DNA from: Parasitella parasitica NRRL 2501
Taxonomy: Eukaryota; Fungi; Mucoromycota
Assembly (NCBI GenBank): GCA_025201805.1
Contig: MU619264.1
Span: 1-64,000, forward strand
Direction of reading: 5' to 3'
Length of the DNA: 64,000 nt
Positions 52,953-64,000 of the stretch are shown here, piece by piece. The notes beneath the pieces are model-generated. The model saw only the letters and a list, made by a program, of their open reading frames with translations. It was not told the DNA's origin and ran no database searches. Both the position numbers and the translations under genes were made by a program. Every line of letters starts with the position of its first letter. The stretch's first letter is position 1.

Positions 52953-53489
52953 TTTGGTTTTTTACCAGTTTTAATCAACGAAGGATCCATTTAGCACTTT
53001 TTCTTCAATACCTCCAAAAAGTGCTAATACAATAGACGTTATAATTATAAGTGCGTTTGTAAAGTATTAATTTGTGCATCTAATGATATAAGTTTAAAAC
53101 AAAGTTGCCACCAAAAATTGTGAGTAATTTGTGACTAAATGAAAACGTGTTTTTTGACAAAAAGTCCATGTTTTGAATATGTAGTAACTAAAATAGTAAT
53201 TGTGTATCAAAATTGAAGTGAAATGAAATGTTTTCTATTGATATATGTCATAATGAAAAACTGCGTTTTTGAGGTCAAATTTGAAGAAAACGTATTTTAT
53301 ACCAATTTTTCCTTGTATATACCCATAAAATCTCTGAAAATTGATGACTTTTTCATCACGGTGGAAATGCATCAGAAAGTTATTGTGAACTGTGAGGAAT
53401 CTTGCGGCGTGGTTCTAAGCACTTTTCTGACGATGATATATTTGCCTTTTGAAAAAAAAACAAGTTCTTGTGCGCAAAAATTGATTTTG
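52953..53489. repeat. interspersed repeat copy B, right part
   Basis: Reverse complement matches 39052-39701 apart from substitutions and 103-bp and ~10-bp indels. Confidence 0.93.
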
Positions 53490-53725
53490 TCGAGCATTTA
53501 GCGATACAAAACAGCAATTTGTTGTACCATATAGCTTGGTGTTTGGGGTATTCGGTGCTAATATTTTAGCAGTAATTGAAGAAGGGGAGTGTGTCGAATG
53601 GATTTGCGGTATAACAATAAATTGAGCAACGTACTGATTATAGGTACTATACAGTGGGAACGTATTCGCAATAAACCGTAAATCATTTTATTCAAGCATC
53701 AAGTACATTATAACATAGTACGTTG

Positions 53726-56700
53726 CTACATGTCTTCTTCCTCATCAGAATCTTCGATGATTCGTTTACTTCGATATTGCTAATATACAACCAGTTAATC
53801 TTGGGATAAGTCATGTCAAAATATTGATTTATTACCTTTTTGTCTTTCTTATTCAGCATTTTCTGATACTCAGACTCCGGTTCACCCTCATCTTCATCCT
53901 CGTCTAGTTCCTTTCTCTTTCTACCACGCTGTTTCTTGGCTTTTTTCTCCTCATCAAATTCATCGTCATCTACCTGTTGGCTAGCCATCAGCAAATTATC
54001 TTCGCGAACCTTTTCCATCAAACGACGACGATTTTCCTCCATTCTTTCATTTTCAAGATTTTGCTGCTTGATTTTTTCCTGCTCAGCCTGTTTGAGTTTA
54101 TTTCGCTCCTCTTCACGCTTCTTTCGTGCTATGATTAACTTGGTTTCTTTATCTTCCTCATATTGCACTTGCTCTACTAATTTTCTGTCTAATTGAACTC
54201 GCAATGTTTCACCATAACGCTCACGCTGTTCGGTAATCTTTTTATCATACAAGGTGTGTTCAGTGACATTAATCAGCACGCGGAAGGCACGCTGAGCACA
54301 TTCCAAGCATCGCAATGCACAGCGAATACTGTCTGAGCTACGCTGATCCAGAGCTAAATCAGAGATTTGCTGAGCGTATGATTGCTGCACAAGAGCCAAG
54401 TTGTATTGAGTGGTTTTGTCAGAGGGTGTAATGTGAAGAACCTTTTCTGTAGTTTTTAGTGATTGATACATGATTTCAGGATCTTTGTCGACTTTAGAGA
54501 GAATGAACTGTGTTCTTGCAAGGCAGAGTAGCAGATTGGTATCTTTGTTATTGAAGAATTTCTTGAGAGCATTTTCATACTATGAAGACGATATTAGCTG
54601 GTGATAGATAACATTTTGCAAATTCTACTCACCATAACAATTGCTTGTTTGTATTGTTTCAGTTCAACGTAGACATGCGCTAAATTGACCCATACACTAG
54701 CATTATTGACTGCAGCCTCGCGGACTTGGTTGAATAAATCTCTAGCTTGCTCAAAATGCCCGTTCTCGGCAATGGCGATAGCTAAACCATTGGCAGCATA
54801 CACGTTATTGGGATCACGTCTCAGTGCCTGGGAGTAGAAATTGACAGCCAGCTTGTATGTATCAGTGCGGGCTTGTTTGAACTTGTCGCCCTTGAATTCT
54901 CTTGCTGTTGCATTATGATAATTACCAAGAGCCACATGAGTGTACAAATCGTTCTTATCACAGTCCTTGAGCACTTTTTCGTATGATCTCTTGCTCAGTT
55001 TTTCCGAATCACTTGCCTGAGCTTGTCCAATCATGATCCATGCTTTAGTGTCGTCTGGGTCTGTATCAAAGACTTCTTTATAGTATTCAATGGCATCTGA
55101 TGGTCTGCCAAGAGATTGTTCTATCGCGCCCAGGCGTAAATGAGCTAGACAGAGGTTAGGATACATATCCACATGTGGTATTACTCATCTACTTTACCAT
55201 CTGTATATCCAGGATAATCCTCAATCAGCTTCTTGTAAATCGAAGAAGCTTTTTCAATTTCTAATCGCTCCTCATAAAGTCTAGCCAAGTTGTAACTCAT
55301 TGTCAATTTAATATTCTTTTTGGAACCAGGGCCTGGTTCGCTCTCTTTGATGGCAAGGCTATAGTAGCTTTCGGCTTCAGAGAGGTTGCCTAGTTTTTGA
55401 TGCATCACAGCAATATTATTCAGCAGTTCAGGCTTGATTTCTTTAACACGATCTTGAGAAACAACATCATTTTGGGGCAAATGATTCAGCAGCGATAAAG
55501 ACCGTTCATAATCTACATGATACGCAAAAAAAGAAAATAAAATGCTTGTCGTATATCAGTTTTTGCATAGTCGCTTACATTTCAACGAATTAGCACTGTC
55601 ATTGTCTTCGTACATTTCAGCAATTTCAATTGCCAGGAGAGGATCGTCATTTGCATTTTCCAAAATTTTACTAAACAAAGCAAGAGACTTTTCCTTCTTT
55701 CCAGAAAGACCATAAAGTGATCCCAATACTTTCATGATTTCCACACAATCAGGCTCTGCCTTGAGAAGCTTTTCAAATATCTCAATAGCTGTGTTGTTTT
55801 CTCCCTTCCTCAGCTGCATTTGGCCCATTCCAAACTGTGCTAATGTGTGCTGTGGATTGAGCTCCAGTGCTTGCGCATAAAACTTGTGGGCGTTGTCGAA
55901 TTCTTGCATTTGGTGGTGAGCTCTTGCGATTTGATACGATGCTTCAGCATTCATTTCATTGTTGGAAGCGTTCGCCAAAGCTCTCGAAGCAGACGCCATA
56001 GTCTTTTCAAAATCACGAGTCAAAAAGAAATGATTTGCCATCATATTCAAAACAGCAGGGTGCTTCTTGTTGACCATGTGCGCCTTTTGCATGTGCTGAA
56101 GACCATGTCGCAAAGCTGTTTCTTGCTGAACCAGTCCGTTACTAACCGATTTAGACTCGTTCAATTCGATAATGGCCAACATGATGAGCGCTGTGGCGTT
56201 GGGCACGGTACTGATATCAATGCAGCGTTTTAATGCGGCTTTGGCTTCAGGGTACATTTTCAATTGAGCAAAACACTGTGCGATACCCAAACGAATCTCT
56301 AGGCCAGAGACTTTATTTCGTGAGTGCTTGAGGGCGCTTTGGTAAGTGCTGAGCGCAGCTTTGTACTGTCGACGGTGGTATTGAATTTTGGCTCTGCCCA
56401 AAAGAGCAGGAATGCAGCTGGGTCTCTTTTCAAGAACCATGTTGAATGAACGAGATGCGTCGTCGACTTTTTTGAGCAAAATGTAGAGATTTCCCTTCAC
56501 TACAAAAGTCGGTTCATACTGATTGTAAATACGATCGGCAGCGTTAATTGATTGTGTTGCATCTTCGAGGTATTTTTGGCGTTGCGTGTCGTCTGTTTCT
56601 TTCTTTGCAAGGCGCATGTAAAGGGTTGCGATCAATGTTAGTAAGGGCAGTTTCTGCCGAGGTGTTGTGTGAGGTGATTGACTAGCTACACGAAATAATA

Positions 56701-57045
56701 TGTCAAACAGTATAGGCTACATTATGTATGTTATTTACCAGTGGTCAAACCAGCTTGAACGACGCTAATACTTTGTTCAATCTTGTCTTGCTCGTAATAC
56801 TCAATCTAATTTCATCAAATCACATCAGCGTCTGTCTATACAAACACGTATTGCACTTTAGGTCTTACGGCAAGCATTCGATAGTACGGTAAACCGACGC
56901 TCTCCTGGCGGAAGATATCGGTCAGCTCGGTTGGGTTTGTAGGCAAATCATTGCAAACGACTTCCAGGACTTGTTCGTGCTGCAAAGGTACTTCTATTGT
57001 CTTGGATCTGGCACCGTAGTTGTTTCCAAAGCTTGCAGATGCCAT
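53726..57045 (-). CDS. CTR9: Paf1 complex TPR subunit Ctr9, multi-exon
   Basis: TIEVPL..EQVLEV..DLP, TPR array, DPNNVYAANGLAI, VWVNLAHVYVELKQYKQAI, acidic/basic tail ending YRSKRIIEDSDEEEDM*. Confidence 0.93.
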
Positions 57046-57262
57046 TGTTGTAATATATCAAAAGCTGTGTCTGCAAAACACGCACACCTTTACTAATTGG
57101 AAATTGTCCTCTTTCATTTTAAGCCTCCAAAACATTGGATGTACAGTCGTCGATTCACATACGTCACTAGTTAACACGTAACTTTACGCGGCAACAAGTA
57201 GGTCCACAGCTTCAAGAACTTCATCCTCTTGTTCTTTTTCAATTAAACAATAAAAACACTAC

Positions 57263-60200
57263 ATGACAGCACTTACATCTGCCAGTAAGCTCAATTCTTT
57301 GATGCATCCAGTGTCTATCCAACATTTCTAACTTTTTATATTTGCATTTTCACAGACGGCATCATTGCTTTGCTCGATGAGAAGCAACCAGAGTTGAAAG
57401 TTTATGCTCTTCAACAATTAAACTCTCTTGTGAATGAATTTTGGGCTGAAATCTCTGATTCTATTGCCAAGATGTAAGCGTTTAGTTGCCAATGTTCGCT
57501 CGATATATCTAACAACACATGCTAGTGAAATCCTCTATGAAGACTCCACGTTCACGCAAAGAGAACTGGCTGCTTTAGTCGCATCCAAAGTAAGTTGATA
57601 GGATAAGCAGTATAAGCAAATGTGTGGTAACCATCGAAACACACTTGCAGGTGTATTACAACTTGGGCGAGTTGGATGATTCGCTCACGTTTGCTCTTGG
57701 TGCAGGTCAATCCTTTGACCTTTCAGATTCTTCTGAATACGTAACCACAATTATTTGTAAGCCCGTCCCAACAATTGCCTTACATGAATCTAATGCTAAC
57801 ATGATAAATATATAGCCAAATGTATTGACAAGTACATTAACCTCAGAACAACTTTGGAAACATCTGATGAGATCGATTCTAGGCTCCAGGACATTGTAGA
57901 GAGAATGTTCCAACGCTGTGCTGAAGATTGCGAATACGAACAGGCAATCGGTATTGCACTTGAGTCAAGACGTCTCGATATTGTTAAATCCATCGTTCAA
58001 AAGGGCGACGCCAGCAAACTTCTTTCTTACGTCCTCGATGTTTGCATGACACTGGTACAAAACTTAGAATTCCGTAACGAGGTCTTGAGATTGCTTGTTG
58101 ATTTGTACAAAACACTTGAAAACCCTGATTACATCTCCATCAGCCAATGTTTGGTTCACCTGAACGATTCTACTTCTTGCGCACAGATGTTGAAGAGTTT
58201 GGTTGATAAAAAGGACGAACTTATGGCCTATCAAATCTCATTTGATCTGGAAGAAAATGCGACACAAGAGTTCTTATCAAAGGTTGCTGCCGAATTACCT
58301 GTCGAGCCCGAGACTGAAAATACAGAGATGTCTACAGAGGAGGAAAAGGTATGTGTACGAGCTTATTATTGAGATCCTGTTTGCTAATGGTCTGTACAAT
58401 TAGCCCAAGAATGACACTCCTTACAAGAAAATCAAGTCTATTTTGTCTGGCGAGGAGTCTATCCGTCTTCATCTCGAATTCCTGTATCGCAACAACCACA
58501 GTGATTTGTTGATTTTGAAAAATACAAAGGTATGTGTATGTGCATTTGGGTGGACATGGTGGAAATTAATCGATGCAAATAGAATGCTTTAGAGTCAAGA
58601 AACTCCATCTATCATTCTGCCGTTACTTTTGCCAATGCCTTCATGCAAGCTGGTACTACCAGTGATGAGTTCTTGCGTCAAAATCTGGATTGGCTATCTA
58701 GAGCTACCAATTGGTCCAAGTTTAGTGCTACTGCAGCTCTTGGTGTCATTCACAAGGTAAGGTCGAAAGGTATACATTAGAAACAACTTGATTAACCTTG
58801 CTAAATAGGGTCAATTAGCTCAATCTATGAATTTGTTGGCTCCTTATCTGCCTCAAGAAGGCGTCAGTGGTAACAGCTCTTATTCTGAAGGTGGTTCACT
58901 ATACGCATTGGGCCTCATCAATGCTAATCATGGTGCCGAAGTGCTGAATTTCCTTAAAAAGGCATTGAAAGATACTTCAGATGATGTTATTCAACATGGC
59001 GCTTGTCTTGGTCTTGGTGTTGCTGGAATGGCAACCGCAAATGAAGCTATCTATGAGGATCTCAAGAACGTCCTCTATGGCGACAATGCTGTCGGTGGTG
59101 AAGCCGCTGGTTTATCGATGGGTTTGATTATGCTTGGGACTGGAAATGAGGAAGCCATCGAAGATATGCTCCAATATGCTCATGAAACACAGCATGAAAA
59201 GATTATTCGTGGATTAGCCATTGGTATTCCTTTCATCATGTACGGTAAGGAGGAACAAGCCGACGATTTTATAAAAAAGATGTTAGAAGACAAGGATCCC
59301 GTCATCCGTTATGGTGGTATATATACAATTGCCATGGCTTATAGTGGTACCGGTAATAATAAGGCTATTCGTCGCTTGCTCCATGTTGCTGTTAGTGATG
59401 TCAATGATGATGTTCGTCGTGCTGCGGTTACTTCTCTTGGTTTCGTCTTATTACGCAATCCCAAGCAAGTGCCTCGTATTGTCCAACTTTTGGCTGAAAG
59501 TTACAATCCCCACGTTAGATATGGTGCTACACTCGCATTAGGCATATCTTGTGCTGGTACTGGCTATCTTGATGCTCTTGAACTTCTTGAACCCATGACC
59601 AAGGATCCTGTTGACTTTGTTCGTCAAGGTGCATTCATGTCACAGGCCATGATCTTGATCCAGCAAACTGAAAACACAAATCCTAAAGTTGCTGGTGTTC
59701 GTAAACTCTATGAAAAGATTATTAGCGATAAGCACGAAGACCCCATGGCTAAGTTTGGTGCTGTTCTTGCACAAGGTATTCTTGATGCCGGTGGAAGAAA
59801 TGTGACAATCTCTCTTTTATCTAGAACTGGACATGCCAACATGCCTGCCATTGTTGGTATGGCTGTCTTTACACAATTCTGGTACTGGTATCCCTTAACA
59901 CATATGCTAAGCTTAGCGTTCACGCCTACTGCTATCATTGGTCTCAATAAGAATCTCGAGACCCCTCGATTTGAATTTGTTTCCAATGCCAAGGCATCCT
60001 TGTTTGCTTACCCTCCAGCTATAAAACCTCCATCTGCTATTGTTGTTGAAAAAGTTGCAACTGCCGTGTTATCTACAACTGCAAAGGCCAAGGCCCGGGC
60101 AAAGAAGGTTGAAAAGGAGAAGGGGGATCATATGGATATTGACGAGGATAAATCTGGCATCAGGGACGAGGAAATGGTTGAAGAAGAGAAGAAAGAAGAG

Positions 60201-60547
60201 CGCAAGACTGTGCAAAAGAAAAAGAAGGAAGAAAACTTTGAAATTCTTGAGAATATGGCTCGCGTTGTCCCAGCACAACTTAAACATATTGCGTTCAAGG
60301 ACGAATCACGTTATACACCTGTCAAGCATCAAAATGTTGGTGGTATCATTATGCTGGTAGATAATAAGCCTGATGAGGAAGAAGACTTGATCCAACCTCG
60401 TGTTCCTTCTGGAGGTAAGTGTCTTTTAGCAATGCAACATAATGCAAAGGTTTCTAAGTTTATGTTTCTCTAGATGCAACAACAAGAAATGCAGCAGAAG
60501 AAGAGGCAGCACCCTTTGAACCTTTCGAGTACCCATTTGAAGATTAA
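57263..60547 (+). CDS. RPN2: 26S proteasome regulatory subunit Rpn2, multi-exon
   Basis: [37 protein letters not shown] repeats, [38 protein letters not shown]. Confidence 0.96.
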
Positions 60548-61833
60548 TTTATCCTAAACGAAAACAAAATAAAAACATCGTCAATTTTTTCAATCGAGCA
60601 CATCAACAGGCCAAATCAGTAGGACCAGGCTATACAGCAACAAAAAAAAAGATAATTCATCTATTTCTAGATTATAAGCTTTTCTAGATTTTAATATGAT
60701 CCCACTACAATGTACCTAGAAGATGTTTCTGATGTTTGTTATTTGATCAAACAAATTAGGAGTTTTGAAGACTTCCTCTGCTTGTATGATACAAGCGTAG
60801 AAAGTCTTATCACCAATCTTTTGCATAAAAACACTTGATTGATTTGAACCATCTTTTAAAGTAAAGAATATTCACAAGTGTATCCTCAAATCCTATAGCA
60901 GAGGGCTTACATTAGAACGGAAAAACTGCCCTGAAGACATAATTTCTCTTAAATGAAAAAAAATCGACTATGAGCACATAAAGTCTTAAACTTGAGTTTA
61001 TTTATTTAGATCGTTGGATTGATATACTTATGATTAGGTTTTTTAATCAAAAAGCCATGCTCTATCAATAACACTGTAAATAGAATTATAAAAACTTGTC
61101 CTCTTCAATTTTTTGATGTTGCATCAAAACAAATTTTTGTAGGATTGGATATGTCGACCTATAATAGACTTTTTGCAAGCTTCCAGCCCATTCTTTAGTT
61201 GAGCCACACAAAATTAGTCAGATGAGATGTGCCTAGTCAATAACAAGCAAATAAAGATTTTTCTGCATTTTCTTTGCATGCATCACCAATCATTCATTTT
61301 AGAATAAATTACCTTTTTCTTTGCATATCACATTATAAACTCTCAGTGATAAATGACAAGCTCCCAAAAATGGCGTTTCGCTTCCAATGACATGCGCATA
61401 TTTACTAAAGGTGCAATAAAACCTTGCTGATCCAAGAAATCGCCAAGAAACCACATTCCCTTATATTCAATGATAACCACCTGCACATACCGTGATGGAT
61501 ATATTAGCGAAGATGATTACATGTAGATCTGAAATGCCATATTGATACGTTCTCAACAAATCTATGCATAGACAGTATTTTAATCCAAGTGAAATACAAC
61601 ACGAAAGACAGGGGTTTTCAAATGTAGACAATATCACAAAGGAGCCAAGCATAAGAGTCAGTATGTCTACCATTAAATGTTGACAGGATACTTCTAATAA
61701 ATTTAAAAAGCCCTACTAAAACGACTGGAAATCCACAAATTGAAACACTTCAAGAACCAACTTTACTGATTAAATTCCAAATACAAAAGGTAACTGAAGA
61801 CTATGGCTGTTAACTGGGACCATTTATATACGT

Positions 61834-63288
61834 TCTAGTATTATTTCATCGTAAACAAGTGTTAATGAATACAACTTCATTACCCTGGGTAATCATCTCA
61901 TAGTCACTCTTGTTAATCAAAAAAATAATGACACTTTTTATTTTGACGAACACAAAATGTCTGCTATGGTATTACAATCTGCTCAAGCTGTGGTCAAGAA
62001 GGCAATTCACGTTCTACTAGCAGGCTTTGCCTTAATAACACCCGTTCTAACAATAACACTTGCGCAAGCTGTGGTGGTATAACCATCGTCGATCTTCTTA
62101 TCGTGATTGCGCCAACAACATTGCTAATCGTATGTCTCAAATATGTTTTCATTTTACAATCATAACCGAACTTTTTGTATAAACTAGGGCCTCAACCTGA
62201 AACTATGGAAGTAGATTAGCAAAGAGAAACAATCAGCGCTAATGATGCAACAACCAGCAGCCCTGTTCGTTCAAGCTGTGGGCAAGAAGGTCATTTGCGA
62301 TCTACCAGTAGATTGCGCGCCAACTCAACGCACCACAATACTCATAACATGGCCAGAAGAGATACAACCTCTTTCACCGAACGCCATGATCTTGGTTGAA
62401 TTAACAGCATCTGTCGCCATTGTCAAGCACGCATATGGGCATCAGAGAAGAATGGAGGCACCAGTGCAAGCCCCGATTTCTCTTTGTGCTGTGGCAAGGG
62501 AAAGTATGTTGTTGACCCTTTGCCCGAGATGGCCAATTTATTGAGAGGATCAGAGGAAGAAAGCAAGGAGTTTAGGACAAACTTAAGAGCTTGCAACAAT
62601 GCTCTGGGGTTCACCTTACTAGGTCGTAATCTTGATTCAACAGTAGCCAATGTACGTGTAGGCGCCTATTCATTTAAAATTCATGGCAGCCTTTATCATA
62701 GAATTGGAATCTTGCATCCAGACACCAAAATTTGCTCAAATTTATATCCACGACTCTGGAAATGAGATTCGAAACCGCCACGCTCACAACCAGCATCTTA
62801 ACATCACTACCTTGACCAACCTTCAAGCACTTATGCATGTCATAAATTGTTTTGTCCATGACTTCAAGTCAATGGCTCAGTTGATTGCAGATAACCCTAG
62901 CTCTGTTCCTGATGTCTCAATGGTATTTAGACCTGAAAGACATTGAATATCTGATTATGTTTTGTGGCAACACAAATTTTATGTTAATACTTGGTACTTC
63001 CAAGTATTGACATACATTTATAAGCTACAATTATCATAGTTTTCACCCTTCCCTTTTCTTTCCCATACACTACCTCTTTGCTTTTAAGCAACATTGAACA
63101 GAATAGACTTTGGTAATAACTAAGCCAATTTACTTTTCTGTTCATATACTAATATCAATAAATAGTTGGTTTTTATTTTATAACAGGTTAAAGCATATTT
63201 GACTTGAACATAGTCCACAAATTAATTAGCATTTATCAAAAGATTGAGCTCCCGAGAGGGTTGTGAGTGAAGCGAGCAAGTCAGCTAG
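61834..63288 (+). mobile_element. internally deleted, non-autonomous Helitron relic
   Basis: Frameshifted Rep/Hel N-terminus (CxxC knuckles, CRHCQARIW, FSLCCGKGK, YSFKIHGSLYHRIG, PKFAQIYIHD); 3' end degenerate GAGYGAAGCGAG hairpin then CTAG|T at 63285-63289; 5' boundary uncertain. Confidence 0.8.
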
Positions 63289-63299
63289 TTCACATAAAA

Positions 63300-63950
63300 G
63301 AGTGGCCTATCTAGAGAGAACCAGAAGCGAGTACTAGGTTTTTGAAGATGCGCTGGATTAATATCTCAAAATCAAAGTATTAGATACAAGTATAAGTAAA
63401 ATGGCCATTGATCTAAATTACAATTCAAAAAACGCAAAGATCTGGAGAGAGATTGGAAAGTAAGTATAAATCTCCTGATAATCGACAACAGCTAAGTTTT
63501 ATAGTACTTTTAAATTCGTGAATATAAAAGCTTCTTTAATATTTGAAAAAAGAAAACCAAAGTAGACAAGTACTTTATTAATAAATAAGAGTGCTCTTCA
63601 AGTTAATATAATCACCAAAAGTGAAAAGAAGCGAGCTGCAGTGACCGGAATGAACTGGCGCGGTAAGTAGATCATCAAACTCTACGTTGGTCAAGGTAAA
63701 AGATAATTGAGTGCTAATTACCACTATGAGCAATAGGCCTAAACGGCTATATGTTTGGTGAACAATATTTATTCCTCTGTTCTAATTGGCACTTTGATGA
63801 TACCACTCACCTCAAGTTGGTGAAGGAATCTGAGGACACGCTTGTATTACTTTTAAAATGGATATTATTGACACATTTATGCGATCATTAATGTATATTT
63901 GTAAAATATAGAGCCATCGTATCAATTTGGCTGAACACGTAAATCTGGCC
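63300..63950 (+). pseudogene. degraded coding-like fragments, family unassigned
   Basis: Fragments such as NAKIWREIG|gtaagt and DDTTHLKLVKESEDTL interrupted by stops. Confidence 0.25.
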
Positions 63951-64000
63951 CGATTAAGAGAGCAACTCAATTCAAATTTCGAAGATATTATTGCTAGAGA

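Noticed and set aside
53223-53501. 92-aa ORF (and ORF 38957-39214) in the interspersed repeat
   Set aside because: The two repeat copies differ by frame-breaking 10-bp and 103-bp indels, so the ORF is not conserved.

Overview
This is an AT-rich, intron-dense fungal nuclear DNA window. The short GT-AG introns and protein content point to Mucorales/Mucoromycota. It holds about 20 host genes: a Uds1-like coiled-coil protein, NOT2, MHR1/mL67, a twin-CX9C protein, a LigB-type dioxygenase, an SMP/LEA-like micro-protein, CBR1, a PARL/PCP1 rhomboid, a LOC1-like protein, a fungal DUF regulator, a kelch-like membrane protein, COX8/COX7C, chitin deacetylase, PHO81/NUC-2, a LysP-like amino-acid permease, a PMA-type H+-ATPase, RPL23, an orphan gene, CTR9 and RPN2. 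The clearest structural signal is an apparently intact 2,522-bp Mutator-like (MULE) transposon with ~42-bp TIRs and a 9-bp TSD. It is inserted into a ~750-bp non-coding repeat. A second, uninterrupted copy of that repeat (the exact empty site) lies 10.5 kb away in inverted orientation, so the pair brackets four genes. Other notable items are a self-pairing 338-nt RPL23 intron, a decayed array of duplicated exon+intron modules at 23-25 kb, and an internally deleted Helitron that keeps its 3' CTAG end. All gene models were spliced by eye and all family calls come from recognised motifs; no searches were run. I found no new multi-gene system that the sequence alone can support.
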